Assembly (NCBI RefSeq): GCF_001194135.2
Contig: NC_068986.1
Span: forward strand, 77,999,317 to 78,063,316
Source: Octopus bimaculoides
Lineage: Eukaryota
DNA length: 64,000 nt
Direction of reading: 5' to 3'
Part shown: positions 37,020 through 50,587 of the stretch, piece after piece
Layout of the letters: each line of letters starts with the position of its first letter
Numbering within the stretch: position 1 is the first letter of the stretch
Notes under the pieces: generated by a model
The model's database searches: none
Told to the model about the DNA's origin: nothing
The model's input: only the letters and a program-made list of their open reading frames with translations
Translations under genes and position numbers: made by a program

Positions 37020-40000
37020 TACAAAATAAATAAAAATGATTTGCAAAATGGTTAAATTTTGAGTCAGCATTAATTTGCAAAATCTAGCCAAAGACAGGAG
37101 TAACCATGAGAGAAGCATTTGCCTCTGGCTTTAGGTAATTAAGGTGGGATGGGGACCAAATCTAATTTTAACTCTGGATGACAAAGACACTTGCTACACC
37201 ACTCTATCTGGTTCAATGTCAAGCTGTATTAGCTCAGTCGTTTCTCTTATGAAAGATATAATATCAATATCTCTGAACGCTCTCACTGTATACTGTGTCT
37301 GTCTAAAGTTACTCAGTTTCATTATTTCTCTTTCTGGTATATATTACATAATTATCATTGTTTCAATGGCAATTTTTTTCTATACTTGCATGAATTGGTT
37401 GGACAACTATACAGATTATTGCCACCTGTCATGATACTATTCTGATCTGTCTTTAATACTAATTCTCACATCTTTCATATTATTTTTCACTGGTATCTTA
37501 CACAGTCAGAACACCACATGTTTAGTCCTGCTACAACCTATTCCAATGCAGTTGTTTCCCTAGCAAACCCTGGCTCATGACGTTTATAAGCAGTTGCGCT
37601 CTCTGCTAAATATCCCCCAACTTGAATGAAAGTTAGCATGCACAAAGAGAGGATAAATACTTGTCTTATTTCTCAGTAGCCTTTGTCTAATAATGCACTA
37701 CATTCAAGATATAGAGGATCACATTATCAAATGTGACCAACCACTTTTTGAAGGGAGGGTGTGATTTGAGGGAAATTTAGCTGCTATTTCTTGCAGATTA
37801 AGTGGCAAAACAGACGGATGAAGTGGGCATCTGACGGCTTTACTCCACTCAATCACCTTTAGCTGGGTCCCAAAAATTACTGCTATAAGATCATTGATGG
37901 GAGATGAAACTTAAACTCAGAATGCAAGCTGTATGGAGTTGAGCAGACACTTAGTCTTGCGCTGTTGAGAACATAACAATTCTCTTAGGTGTCATGATAA
38001 AATGTTCACTATACACTCTGTAAAGTGGTTCATGCTGGGTAGGACATCCAGCCATAGAAACCGAGCCAAAACAGAAATACATGAATGGGATGTGGTTTGT
38101 AGAGCCATCTAGGAGAACAGTAACCACAAAATGAAATTCACATGAACTGTAACAACCTATCCAACCTACGTCAGCATGTAAAGACATAAAACAATGATGA
38201 TGATGATGATGATGATGCTGATGATGATGGTGATGGTGATGGTGATGATGATGATGAAGAATCTTGTCATAATTTATCAATTATTTGTACATTAATGAGA
38301 GTTTACTAAAACAGTTTGCATCTAGTCCTTTCATTCTTTCCCACTACATAAGAATGTTGCTTGTTGTGAACATCACATCATTTGCAGAGGCTCATATAAC
38401 CGAGATTTAATTTCTCATAATGTTTGAATTCAAAATTTCAACAACTTGTCTATTTGAAATGCAACATAAAATTATCAGACTGTGTAAAATTAGGTGCCTT
38501 CCCTTGAAATAAGAGATTTATAGTGTCATAAAACCAAACTCCACAAAAGGGATTTCATTTCATGCCTGCTAAACATTTGGCAATTTCTCTCATTTTAACA
38601 AGATGAGCTGAAAAGAAGCTTAATTTTTCCAATTCTGCATTAACGGCTCATATAAATCACTTCAGATCAAGCCATTATTTATTCTAACTGTACTAAATAT
38701 TAGTCCCTATATCACAACTAAATTCTAACATAAAATAACTAAATTGATGATCTGGTTTCATAAACATTCACTTTATAGCCTGAATTACAATTGTTTTTCA
38801 TTTGATTTGTGTTATTGAGAAATAGTAAGCATTTATTCCTATTTCAAATCATCTCTCATATACCCATTTCTACTCACTATCGCTGAAAGGCTGCAACACT
38901 ATAATCTGTGAATAGTGATCAAATGTTCGATTCCTCTATATTCCTTGAATCATGCTCTGACCCATGCAAGTATAGAAAAGTGGACATTAAAATGAAAAAA
39001 ATGATTATATATTCTTGCAAAAGGTCTTCAACCATAAAGCAGCTTGAAATGCCTTTGAAGAATTAAGTAATTTCAGGATCCAAAATTCTATGCTACCAGA
39101 ATAAATAATCTTGTTTCTTGGCAAATATGTGACAATTCTAATGGTTATTATTTCAATTAATAAAATTTATTCAGTGCTGAGATATATTGCTTTAAAGTTG
39201 GAGAAAAGCTGTAATTTTTTTGCGCAAACCTGACACACACATATTTACATATATTTATGAGTTAAGGGGAATGAGGGAAAATGATAGTAGAGTGAGAGGA
39301 TAAGAGATTTTACATGTATTTGCCTGAGTTTAAATACATTAGTATGTAAATGTTTGAATACACTTGTATATGCATATTTTAAGAGACAAAGACAAAGAAA
39401 GAAAGAAAAAGCAAAATATACAAAGAAAAGATCAGAGGAGTTCATTTTATACATATATACAAAAATATATTTGCAAATACACTTGTGTCAGTAACTCTGT
39501 ATATGAATTCACATGCGTGTGTGTATGCACATGCACATATACTTAATTATGAAGCATCTGTGTGTGTATATGTGTGTGTGTATAATGTATCCCTCCAAGA
39601 TAACTTGTTCATGTGTCTCCCCCACTCACTTTAAACCCTAGTTATAAATGATATAATTAATAGCAAAACTACAACAGTAAACAGATAGAACTGAAATGAA
39701 TTTCAAACTCCTATAAAGCTTTCTTTGGTTGTAAAAACTGATTTGACTTTCCAAATTCAGTTCAAAAATAATTTTTACATAGGTACCTGGATTTTCTATG
39801 AGAGCCTCCATGTATTAACCTTTTTTAACAACAGTATCACAACCTATTTGATTTTCTGTGACTTGTTTTGAAGATTCTATATTATCAAACGCATTGTTGA
39901 TTATCTGGAAAACTGTTAAAAACTATTAAAGCCAGGTAAATACTATGTAAGAGATTTATGGTATGGTAGCCTTGTATTATGGTAGAACTGAAATAGATGT

Positions 40001-40329
40001 AATTGATTACATTGAATATTTGTAGCACAGTAACAAAGTTGTAAAAGATTCAAAATTGAAGTCTCTGTTCATAAAGATAATCACTTCTGCTTTACATGCT
40101 ACGATACATACTTTTAAAAAATCAGCTTTGTAAATATGAACTATGAAACCCAATAGGTTGCATTAAAACTTTGCAGTTTTGATCCTAGCTGAATGAAATA
40201 TATATATTCTTTTATTTCAGCATTGCATAAAACTGTGTTTTTATATAACAGATAGATTGTGCTTGCAACACTGATTGCTTTCATGATCTTAGGTAAAGTC
40301 CATCCCACCATTATCTAGCTGAGACAGCT

Positions 40330-40790
40330 TAAGACTCTTGATCTGTTTACTGGATGATGTCATTATGAGTGGACTGCTTTGATTATCAGATACATTCAAG
40401 GTAACCAAATATATTCCAGTCAGAACTCATTGCTTCCCATCACCTTTGACACTGTTACAATTTCATCAGACCAGTCTACAGGAGTGGTGCTGTAACTCCT
40501 TAACTTCTACTTCAAATTACCCAACAATCATATCCAACATTTTGTGTCCACTCTCAACTAACAGCTCATGTTTTCCTCTCTCCCTCCCAACCTGTAAATC
40601 ACATACTGATACAATCTCCTTTCTACCTGAAGCCGATAAAACTAACATCTCACCATTTCTGCTTGTAGCTAACCTAATGAGCACATATCCAAAATTCTGA
40701 CCAGCTTTTCTTATGCTTAGAAGTAGCTGTCCCATCACACAAGTATGACATCAACCACACTCCATCTCTTCAACTCCTTCTTATATATAT
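40330..40790 (-). mobile_element. Heavily decayed RTE ORF2 fragment
   Basis: LLLSIRKAGQNFGYVLIRLAT loosely resembles the RTE motif ARIR.GW.KFRELLPLLAT. Confidence 0.35.
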
Positions 40791-40922
40791 ATATAGTAAG
40801 ACATCTATTCCAGCTGGCTAATGACACACATTTTGTGTCCCATTAGTATTTGCGAGGGGAGGTCATCACTCCCATCTCTAGCTTTATGTGATACACATGG
40901 ACTCGAGTTTCTGGGTGATTAC

Positions 40923-41172
40923 TCATCCTCAACATATGTTAATCACAAGCTAGCGATGAAAACACATTTCACTTGCAAAATACTATACACACACACACAT
41001 ATATCTTCTCTCTGTTTATTTCCTCGTGTTCTTTTCTGTTGAAGAGCGTAGGCTCAAAACATAAAAGACTTTCTCACATTCCCGAGCGTCAAACTAATAC
41101 ACCTGCTACATATATATATGTGTGTGTTGTGTGTGTATGTGTGTGTATGTGTATCACATAAGGCTAGAGATA

Positions 41173-41226
<54 letters not shown>

Positions 41227-41589
41227 NNNNNNNNNNNNNNNNNNNNNNNNNNNNNNNNNNNNNNNNNNNNNNNNNNNNNNNNNNNNNNNNNNNNNNNNNN
41301 NNNNNNNNNNNNNNNNNNNNNNNNNNNNNNNNNNNNNNNNNNNNNNNNNNNNNNNNNNNNNNNNNNNNNNNNNNNNNNNNNNNNNNNNNNNNNNNNNNNN
41401 NNNTCATCCTCAACATATGTTAATCACAAGCTAGCGATGAAAACACATTTCACTTGCAAAATACTATACACACACACACATATATCTTCTCTCTGTTTAT
41501 TTCCTCGTGTTTCTTTCTGTTGAAGAGTGTAGGCTCGAAGCATAAAAGATTTTCTCACCTTCCCAAGCATCAAACTAATACACCTGCTA
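40923..41589 (+). repeat. ~186-bp direct duplication flanking an N-gap, each copy ending in a family A hammerhead-like motif
   Basis: 40923-41108 versus 41404-41589: the first ~105 bp are identical and ~9 differences cluster in the last ~80 bp. HHR-like cores start at 41036 and 41517. Confidence 0.85.
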
Positions 41590-41721
41590 TATATATGTGT
41601 GTGTGTGTCACAGGGAGGAGGAACTCATGAGCAGTCAACAGGCACCCAACAAATATATGTAAATATATATATATATATATCATTTATATATATTCTTATA
41701 TGTATATAAACGTATATTTTT

Positions 41722-42240
41722 ACTTTTATATTTGTTGATTTGAACAAAGCATTTGATACTGTTAATTGAAATGATCAGTGGCTAATTCTAAGGAAAATAG
41801 GTTGCCCAGAAAAATTTGTAAACATGATCAGGGCTTTGCATCAAGATATGAAAGCTAGAGTTAACTTTGGTGGTAGGATCTCTGAATCTTTTGCCATGGA
41901 AAATGGAATAAAGCAAGGAAACCTTGATGCACCCTCACTCTTCGCAATATACTTTGCTTTTGTGTTGTCACACACTTTTCAAAACTCTGAGGAGGGTATT
42001 TACATAGAATATCGAACAACAGGGAATGTTTTTAACCTGACCAAACTGAAATTGAAAATGAAGGTTTTTACTTTACTCATTAGGGAACTCTTATATGCTG
42101 TCGATTGTGATCTTGTCAGTCATTCTGAAACAAGTCTGCAATCTCTTGTATCTGCATTTCACTCGGCTTGTGAGGATTTTGGCTTGATCATCAACAGGAG
42201 ATGGTCAGACTCTGCATAAGGAGTAGACAACCATTCCTCA
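41722..42240 (+). mobile_element. RTE-BovB-like reverse transcriptase fragment joined directly to the element's 3' UTR
   Basis: FVDLNKAFDTVN*...GCPEKFVNMIRALHQDMKARV...NGIKQG...APSLFAIYF...LIRELLYAVDCDLVSH...FGLIIN (YADD read as YAVD), then AGGAGATGGTCAGACTCTGCATAAGGAGTAGACAACC. Confidence 0.93.
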
Positions 42241-42274
42241 TATGTGTATATATATGTATATATATATATATATG

Positions 42275-42865
42275 TGTGCGAACTGCCATGCTTCATGGCA
42301 GTGAAACATAGGCTGTGACTACTGAAGACATGTGTAGGCTTGAAAGAAATGAAGCTAGCATGATCCACTGGATGTGTAATGTCAGTGTGCACACATGACA
42401 GAGTGTAAGTGCCCTGAGAGAAATGTTGGACATAAGAAACATCGGATGTGGCATGCAAGAGACCTATTGAGTCAAGTACATCAAAATCAAAATCAAATCA
42501 AATCAAATCACAATCAAATGGAAATTGTAGTAGTTGTCCCCGTGCCGGTGGCATGTAAAAAGCACCATCTGAATGTGGCTGATGCCAGCGCTGCCTTGAC
42601 TGGCTCCTGTACCAGTGGCACATAAAAAGCACCATCCGATCATGGTCGATGCCAGCCCTCTCTGGCCCCTGTGCCGGTGGCATGTATAAAAAGTACCTAC
42701 TGCACTCTTGGAGTGGTTGGCGTTAGGAAGGACATCCAGCTGTAGAAACACTGCTAGATCAGACTGGAGCTTGGTGTAGCTTCCTGGCTTCCCAGACCCC
42801 AGTCGAACCATCCAACCCATGCCAGCATGGAAAACGGACGTTAAACGATGATGATGATGATGATG
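42275..42865 (+). mobile_element. RTE LINE: ORF2 fragment plus 3' UTR with three ~65-bp subrepeats and (GAT)n tail
   Basis: RTAMLHGSET*AVTTEDMCRLERNEASMIHWMCNV, an (AAATC)n tract, three GGCA(T/C)(G/A)TAAAAAGCACC-like units and the shared tail. Confidence 0.85.
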
Positions 42866-42916
42866 ATATATATACATATATGTACATTCATACCTACATA
42901 CACACACACACACACA

Positions 42917-43047
<131 letters not shown>

Positions 43048-43423
43048 GTATGTATGTATGTGTTGGTGTGTATATATATATGGATAGATAGATAGATCGA
43101 TCAGTAGAAAGATAGATAGTTTTCATTTATTTATTTCATTTATTTTTCTAAGTGCAAATCAAACTGAAATTTAACTATGTTGTGCATTAATATCTAATAA
43201 TTACATATTACGCACAAACACATCTCTGTTCTTAAAATTGATAGACCAACAAAATATATTTTGTCTGACTATTTGTTTTTATTAAAATATATTGATACTC
43301 AAATTCAACAATTTGAGTTCTTAGTAGCCTAACCATGTTCTTTTGAACTTATTTAACAATCTGTCATCTGTCTGTCTTCTATACATACAGGTATATGTAT
43401 ATATGTGTGTATGTGTGTGTGTT

Positions 43424-43464
<41 letters not shown>

Positions 43465-43503
43465 TCACACATACACACATACTAGTAGAGGTATCTGGTG
43501 TTG

Positions 43504-43547
<44 letters not shown>

Positions 43548-43549
43548 AG

Positions 43550-44090
43550 CTGAGTGAAAGAGCAGCACTCACCATCTAAGTGATGCTGGAGTAGAAATAT
43601 ATGAAACCCAATATACCGATTATGCCTACCAGTCTGATAAGGGTACACCAAGCACATGCATCACAACCATATGTGCACAACATGGTGATCTCATATCAAG
43701 ATAAACAGTGCATGACCTTGCAGGTAGGGCTCAGTTAGAATTTTCTTCAGGTCAAGTACCCCAGCCTATTCAATAGGTCCTTGAATAAAGTTTGTTTCTA
43801 GGTGTGAAATATTCAACCTCCAAATAGTTCCTCTCATCACATGGCTATGATGATCCCCCTCTACTCCTGCTCATGATCAGAGATTCAGATATCGTCAGCT
43901 GTGATATGTAAGGGACATGCTCACATGGTTAAGGTAAAGTAAGTGACAAGCAAATCTGTGGTATAGAGCAGAGTATTAGCTGTAGCCCATCTTTTACACT
44001 TAGACAAAACATGTACATGTTAACGCTTCCAATAAGTTAAGATCAGAAGCCATAAGAATCACTGCCTGCTATTGTATCAGGGCATTTATT
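43550..44090 (+). mobile_element. Unclassified ~540-bp dispersed repeat with (ATT)n tail, copy 2
   Basis: Homologous to 27660-28177; preceded by (CTA)n and followed by a ~260-bp (TAT)n tract. Confidence 0.75.
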
Positions 44091-44103
44091 ATCATTATTA
44101 TTA

Positions 44104-44147
<44 letters not shown>

Positions 44148-44190
44148 GTTATTATTATTATTATTATCATTATTATTATCATTATTATTA

Positions 44191-44249
<59 letters not shown>

Positions 44250-44268
44250 GTTATTATTATTATTATTA

Positions 44269-44312
<44 letters not shown>

Positions 44313-44352
44313 GTTATTATTATTATTATTATCATTATTATTATCATTATAA
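44091..44352. repeat. (TAT)n/(CAT) microsatellite
   Basis: Directly visible; it produces the poly-N, poly-Y, poly-I and poly-L ORFs. Confidence 0.95.
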
Positions 44353-44574
44353 TAAGGGTGGCAAGCTGGCAGAATTGTTAGCATGCTGGACAAAATGTTT
44401 AGTGTTATTTCATCTGTGTTTACGTTCTGAGTTCAAATAGCTCTGACGTTGACTTTGCCTTGGGGGGGTCAATAAATTTATTACCAGTGAAACAATAAAA
44501 TCAAGCTATTTGACTAGTCCCATCTCCCAGAATTTCAGGCCTTGTGCCTGTAGTAGAAAGGATTTAGTGGCGGG

Positions 44575-45160
44575 GAAGTGTGATGCTGTTCTCGGGGAGA
44601 CTCTGGGCGCAAGTGAGAATGAGCTGGCTAGTATGTTCTTCTGGAGGACTTTCCAATCAGGAACTATCATGGATAATTTCCAGATGTCTTTGGACTGGCA
44701 GTGCTATTGGGGGGGGGGGCGCTACCAGTTTGAGATAAATTCTACAAGCATGGATGTGCTGTCAGATGGACTTGCTTGAAGTGTGCACAGAGTGACGAAA
44801 CCATTCTGCATGCCTTCATTCAGTATCCAGGCGTTGCTGACTTGTGGGGTTATGTTGAACATCTGCTGTCATGTGTGGGATGGATCCATCTGTCAGCCAA
44901 GTCTGTATTGATGATTGCAGCACTGCCCTCCTTCAATTAGGCAACCAAGGCAGTTATCCTTTGCCTAGTGGCTGTGGCGAAAGAGGTTGTTTGGTGGACA
45001 AGGCTGAAAGGCATGAGGATAAATACATTCTTCTTTAGTAAAGCTCTCATTGACTTCTTCAAGTTTCACTTGAAAACGAAATTGAGAGTGGAGAGGGAAG
45101 TACTGTCCTTGATTGGGTTTATTGGAAGGTAGGTGAAAGTTGCGAAAATGGCAAGAGTAC
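44575..45160 (+). mobile_element. L1/Tx1-like LINE ORF2 C-terminal relic with zinc knuckle
   Basis: WQCYWG(frameshift)ALPV*DKFYKHG...TCLKCAQSDETILHAFIQYP...LW.YVE...VAVAKEVVWWTR...FFKFHLKTKLRVER; the C-x2-C-x7-H-x4-C knuckle has its last C changed to Y. Confidence 0.8.
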
Positions 45161-46566
45161 TTCATTATTATTTCTCGGATTAACCAGAAAGCAGCACTCC
45201 AATACAGCCACCATCGGTGGCGGCGGCGCCGTCATCATCATCATCAGCATCATCCTCATTATTATTATAAGGCAGTGAGCTGGCAGAACTGTCAGTTAGC
45301 ATTCTGGACAAAATGCTTAGTGGCATTTCATCATTCTTAATGTTTTGAGCTCATATTCTGCCATGGTCAATTTTGCCTTTCATCCTTTCAGAAGTCAATA
45401 AAATAAGTACCAGTGAAGTACTGGGGTTGACACAATCAACTTCCCCTCCCTTCAAGAACTGCTAGCCCTATGCCAAAATTTGAAACCATTATTATTATTG
45501 CACATCCTTTTCCTCTTCGTTTGTTTTACATCCTATTTTTTTTATAAAAAAATTTCCTGTTTCTTTATAATTTCTTTTTTATTTTATTCTTCTGCATTTT
45601 TCTTCTTTTCCTCTACCTCCTTCAACACATCTTGTGCTTCTTTTTACTATCATCTTATCTATCTTTTTTTGTGGGGGTGGAACACACTGAAGCTGTTGCA
45701 AAATGCAAACTGTCTGCTTATCTCAAATCTCTCACGCAACATATAGTAACATTTTTTTTATTTAATTTTCATTGTACTTATATACCTGTGTGAGTGTATT
45801 TGTGTGTGTGTGTGTGTGCATTCGTAATAAATTCTACCTGCTCTGTGTGTGTGTGTAGTTTTAATTGTTTTCAGTTTGCCTCTAAAATATGATTCTTATA
45901 TTTTATGTGGCAAAATATTACTATGTACCTCTGCTTTACAGCACATATGTATGCATGCATAGTTTTATAATAAATATTTGCAAGTTTCTCTATTGGTATG
46001 TGATTATGTATATGAAACTGCGCTTGTATGAAATGAAATATATTTCTAAACAGTGATGGATGTGTACATGTGGAGGTGTCTGCATGTGTGTGTAAACGTG
46101 TGTTTTCATGAAGGCATCTGTTTCATTATATGTGGGATTCAGTGAAAATTTCTATGAAATTCTTAATATGTTTACATCCATGTATGCATATATTTCATCG
46201 TCATCAACCTCGTTTTAGTTTCTTTCTGCTCTATAAGTATAAATATGCATGTGTTTGCGTTTGTGTGTGTGTGCATGCATGTGATTGAAAGCATATTTTC
46301 TTGTAAAACTACCTTCATTCTACTTCTCATTCTTTTCCTCTCTCTTTTACTATTTTTTATGTGCCTATCACTATTTGACACACACACATACAAACATACA
46401 TACATACATACATACATATATCATCACACACACACAAACACACACACACATATGCATCCATGTATAACATACTTGAGTATGAGTATAAAATATGCATTTG
46501 AAACTGTATGCAAGAATGAATTCTTTGTAAATCTCTATATATTTTGTGTGCCATTCCAATACTCAG

Positions 46567-46626
<60 letters not shown>

Positions 46627-46977
46627 TATATATATATAGTATATGTGTGTGTGTATATANNNNNNNNNNNNNNNNNNNNNNNNNNNNNNNNNNNNNNNNN
46701 NNNNNNNNNNNNNNNNNNNNNNNNNNNNNNNNNNNNNNNNNNNNNNNNNNNNNNNNNNNNNNNNNNNNNNNNNNNNNNNNNNNNNNNNNNNNNNNNNNNN
46801 NNNNNNNNNNNNNNNNNNNNNNNNNNNNNNNNNNNNNNNNNNNNNNNNNNNNNNNNNNNNNNNNNNNNNNNNNNNNNNNNNNNNNNNNNNNNNNNNNNNN
46901 NNNNNNNNNNNNNNNNNNNNNNNNNNNNNNNNNNNNNNNNNNNNNNNNNNNNNNNNNNNNNNNNNNNNNNNNNNNNN

Positions 46978-47012
<35 letters not shown>

Positions 47013-47860
47013 GTATATATATGCTACCCTATATGTCTACCTGCCCATGCCATGTTCACAGGCATGTGTCTAAGGGATGGCCAGACATTTACTATAGAAG
47101 TTTTCCCCTACAAATAATACAGGAGCTGTACATTCATGAGCAGATGTTCTTCACAAATAGCTTCCATCAGAAGAGGAGATTTTTAAAAAAAAACAAGAAA
47201 CAGCCAAAAGTAAAAAAAATATGTATATAGATAAAACCAAGATAATAACCAAACAGACAGAAACTATTTCCTGAGTCACAGGCCTGTTTTATTGCAGATT
47301 AGGAGTCAGGATTCATAAATTACATCTATTTTCATAGGAAGCATTTCAGAAAGATGCATAGAGAAGTAGCCAGGTTGAAGCAGGAACAGCGTGCACAAAG
47401 TATTGAATATCAAGCATAGAATAAATGATGTTGGTAATGCCATGCAAACATTATATTGGATATTGATAATCATTATTTTCTCCCATTGCTCAATCATATA
47501 CCATACTATTTTGAAAATTAGCTATGATAATAATTACTACATATTGATATCATCAGGGATCTTGTGAGATATATCACTCCCATGTACATGCAGCACCCAA
47601 TACATACATACCTAATTGCATACGTATATATATATAAGTAAACATGTATACACACACACATATATATGTATATGTATATACATATACATATGTATATACA
47701 TACCTATACATACATACATACATACATACATACATACATACATACCTACATACATACACACATACATACATATGTATTTATGTATGTATATATGTGTGCG
47801 TGTGCAGGTGTGGAATTCTAAGTCAAGAAAACTACCATAAAATAAAAAAACATCAAAATA

Positions 47861-47906
<46 letters not shown>

Positions 47907-48247
47907 GTCATCATCATCATTATTATTATCCTTTTATTAATTGCATCGTTAATTAGCTCCATCTTAGTAGTAATTTCTATATTTCAGAGAAATAACAATT
48001 ATTAAATAACAATTATGTTTCTAGAACTGCTGAAGTAAGAATAGGCCATATTTCACACCTTTCCCTTCACTCTATATATTTTGTGGCATATAACAGAGGT
48101 GTTAGTTTGAAGATTTCTACAGCTAAAAATCTTATAAATACTCAAATTTTTGCAGCCATATGTTTGAATTAATATACAACTGAATTCATATCATTGTGTG
48201 TTTGCATTAGTGAGAGTTTGCATGTTTATGTACACACACACACACAC

Positions 48248-48285
<38 letters not shown>

Positions 48286-48417
48286 TTATGTTATATTATG
48301 TTAGGAACTTGGTAGAATACAGTATAAAGTTCATCCACCTTCAGAATTACCCAGTGCTATCCGGTAGCATTATTATATACTTCCAGGTTTAAGTGTGGGC
48401 ATTCATCGTGTGTGAGA

Positions 48418-48592
48418 ATATAAAATTGAAGAAATTGGAGTCACGAAGAAGGAGTATGGTTGGACATTCATTTATTATTTGCTACAATTAAATTGTTAGA
48501 GAACTATGCTGCATTGAAATGATTGTAGTGAATAATAAAAAAATGTCCTGCCGTACGCCTTCTTGACTCCAATCTCTTCAAATTTTTGTATA
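48418..48592. repeat. Imperfect foldback, ~70-bp arms
   Basis: ATATAAAATTGAAGAAATTGGAGTCAC...GCTACAAT matches the reverse complement of ATTGTAGTGAATAATAAAAAAATGTCC...CTTCAAATTTTTGTATAT. Confidence 0.8.
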
Positions 48593-48784
48593 TGTATATA
48601 TATATACATATATATATATATATTAATTTATGTATATATTAATATTATCTTGGTTGAAAAACTTTGATAATGCAAATATGTTAATAGTTACCAGAGTAGC
48701 AAAAATCACACATGAACTGGGATATTATACCCGGTTAATGGGTAGAAATTCCATGTTAAAGTGATGTATTTTGAGTTGATATAA

Positions 48785-49005
48785 AGAATAATAATAAATG
48801 GAGCAAAACGCATATAATCAATAAGTTCCTTTAATTCCTACATATGTTTCAAAAATTATATGCACTCTACTCCAAAGAAGTAAGATATATATATATACCA
48901 GCATCTCTTACTTCTTTGGAGTAGAGTGCATATAATTTTTGAAACATATGTAGGAATTAAAGGAACTTATTGATTATATGCGTTTTTCTCCATTTATTAT
49001 TATTC

Positions 49006-49006
<1 letters not shown>
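48785..49006. repeat. Near-perfect foldback, 101-bp arms with 1 mismatch and a 20-nt spacer
   Basis: 48785-48885 versus 48906-49006 differ only at GGAGCAAAA / GGAGAAAAA. Each arm contains GAA-ACATATGT-A-GGAA. Confidence 0.92.
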
Positions 49007-49095
<89 letters not shown>

Positions 49096-49109
49096 TGAGT
49101 GTATATATC

Positions 49110-49140
<31 letters not shown>

Positions 49141-49345
49141 GGTGGTTGTCTACTCCTTATACAGAGTTCGACCACCTCCTGTACCTACACCTTAGCACCA
49201 TCATGGCGTCTGATGTGGCTTTTTAAACCAGACAATGTTCTGAAAAGACATCCACATAGATTGCACCTCTGATTTGGACCACCAACACCTGCAGATAAGT
49301 TCTGCTCTTTGTGGATCTTAACATGTCTTTTGAGGCCTCCGTTGG
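49141..49345 (-). mobile_element. RTE-BovB-like 3' end with C2H2 finger, second copy
   Basis: Minus strand reads SNGGLKRHVKIHKEQNLSAGVGGPNQRCNLCGCLFRTLSGLKSHIRRHDGAKV*, then the shared UTR and (AT)n. Confidence 0.85.
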
Positions 49346-50537
49346 ATTCATACATTCAATTATACATACAGACAGGCTGAAAGAGGAACAAACATACATC
49401 TATATTAAGGTGAAAACACCACTATTTGAGTTTAAGGCTTTCTATTTAAGATTTTTTTATTATTTCTGTATGTATCATCCTTTATGTTTGTTTAGAACAA
49501 TAGAACAATAGAATTTCTCTTTCTCAAAAGGCACCAGTTACTCTTTCCTTCTTCCCTTACCCCTGCTTCCACAAGATGGCACAGGACTTTCTTGTCTGTG
49601 GTTCTAGTCAATTCTTGTCTTGACCAATAAATTGTGCAGGCTGTTTTTTTTTGTATTTTTTCTTCTTTTTCTCTCTTTTTTTTTTTAAAAATTAGAAATC
49701 TCTAGTTTGTTTAAATCTTTAATATTTCATCAATGCTGAAAGGCATATAACGAACGAACCAACCAAAAAACCAACCAACCAACCAACCAGCCAACCAGCC
49801 AACCAACCAACCAATCAACCAACCATCTAACCAACCAACCAACCAACCAGCCAACCAACCAACCAACCAACCAACCAACTATCTATCCCCCTGTCCATCT
49901 GTCCATCCATCCAAATACAACAATATCTGTTTCAACTCATAATTTCACATCAAGAATGTTGCAAAATGAATANNNNNNNNNNNNNNNNNNNNNNNNNNNN
50001 NNNNNNNNNNNNNNNNNNNNNNNNNNNNNNNNNNNNNNNNNNNNNNNNNNNNNNNNNNNNNNNNNNNNNNNNNNNNNNNNNNNNNNNNNNNNNNNNNNNN
50101 NNNNNNNNNNNNNNNNNNNNNNNNNNNNNNNNNNNNNNNNNNNNNNNNNNNNNNNNNNNNNNNNNNNNNNNNNNNNNNNNNNNNNNNNNNNNNNNNNNNN
50201 NNNNNNNNNNNNNNNNNNNNNNNNNNNNNNNNNNNNNNNNNNNNNNNNNNNNNNNNNNNNNNNNNNNNNNNNNNNNNNNNNNNNNNNNNNNNNNNNNNNN
50301 NNNNNNNNNNNNNNNNNNNNNNNNNNNNNNNNNNNNNNNNNNNNNNNNNNNNNNNNNNNNNNNNNNNNNNNNNNNNNNNNNNNNNNNNNNNNNNNNNNNN
50401 NNNNNNNNNNNNNNNNNNNNNNNNNNNNNNNNNNNNNNNNNNNNNNNNNNNNNNNNNNNNNNNNNNNNNNNNNNNNNNNNNNNNNNNNNNNNNNNNNNNN
50501 NNNNNNNNNNNNNNNNNNNNNNNNNNNNNNNNNNNNN

Positions 50538-50587
<50 letters not shown>

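Noticed and set aside
39874-39935. Segment with good-looking acceptor and donor sites
   Set aside because: It has stops in all three frames and no other support; it could only be a non-coding exon.
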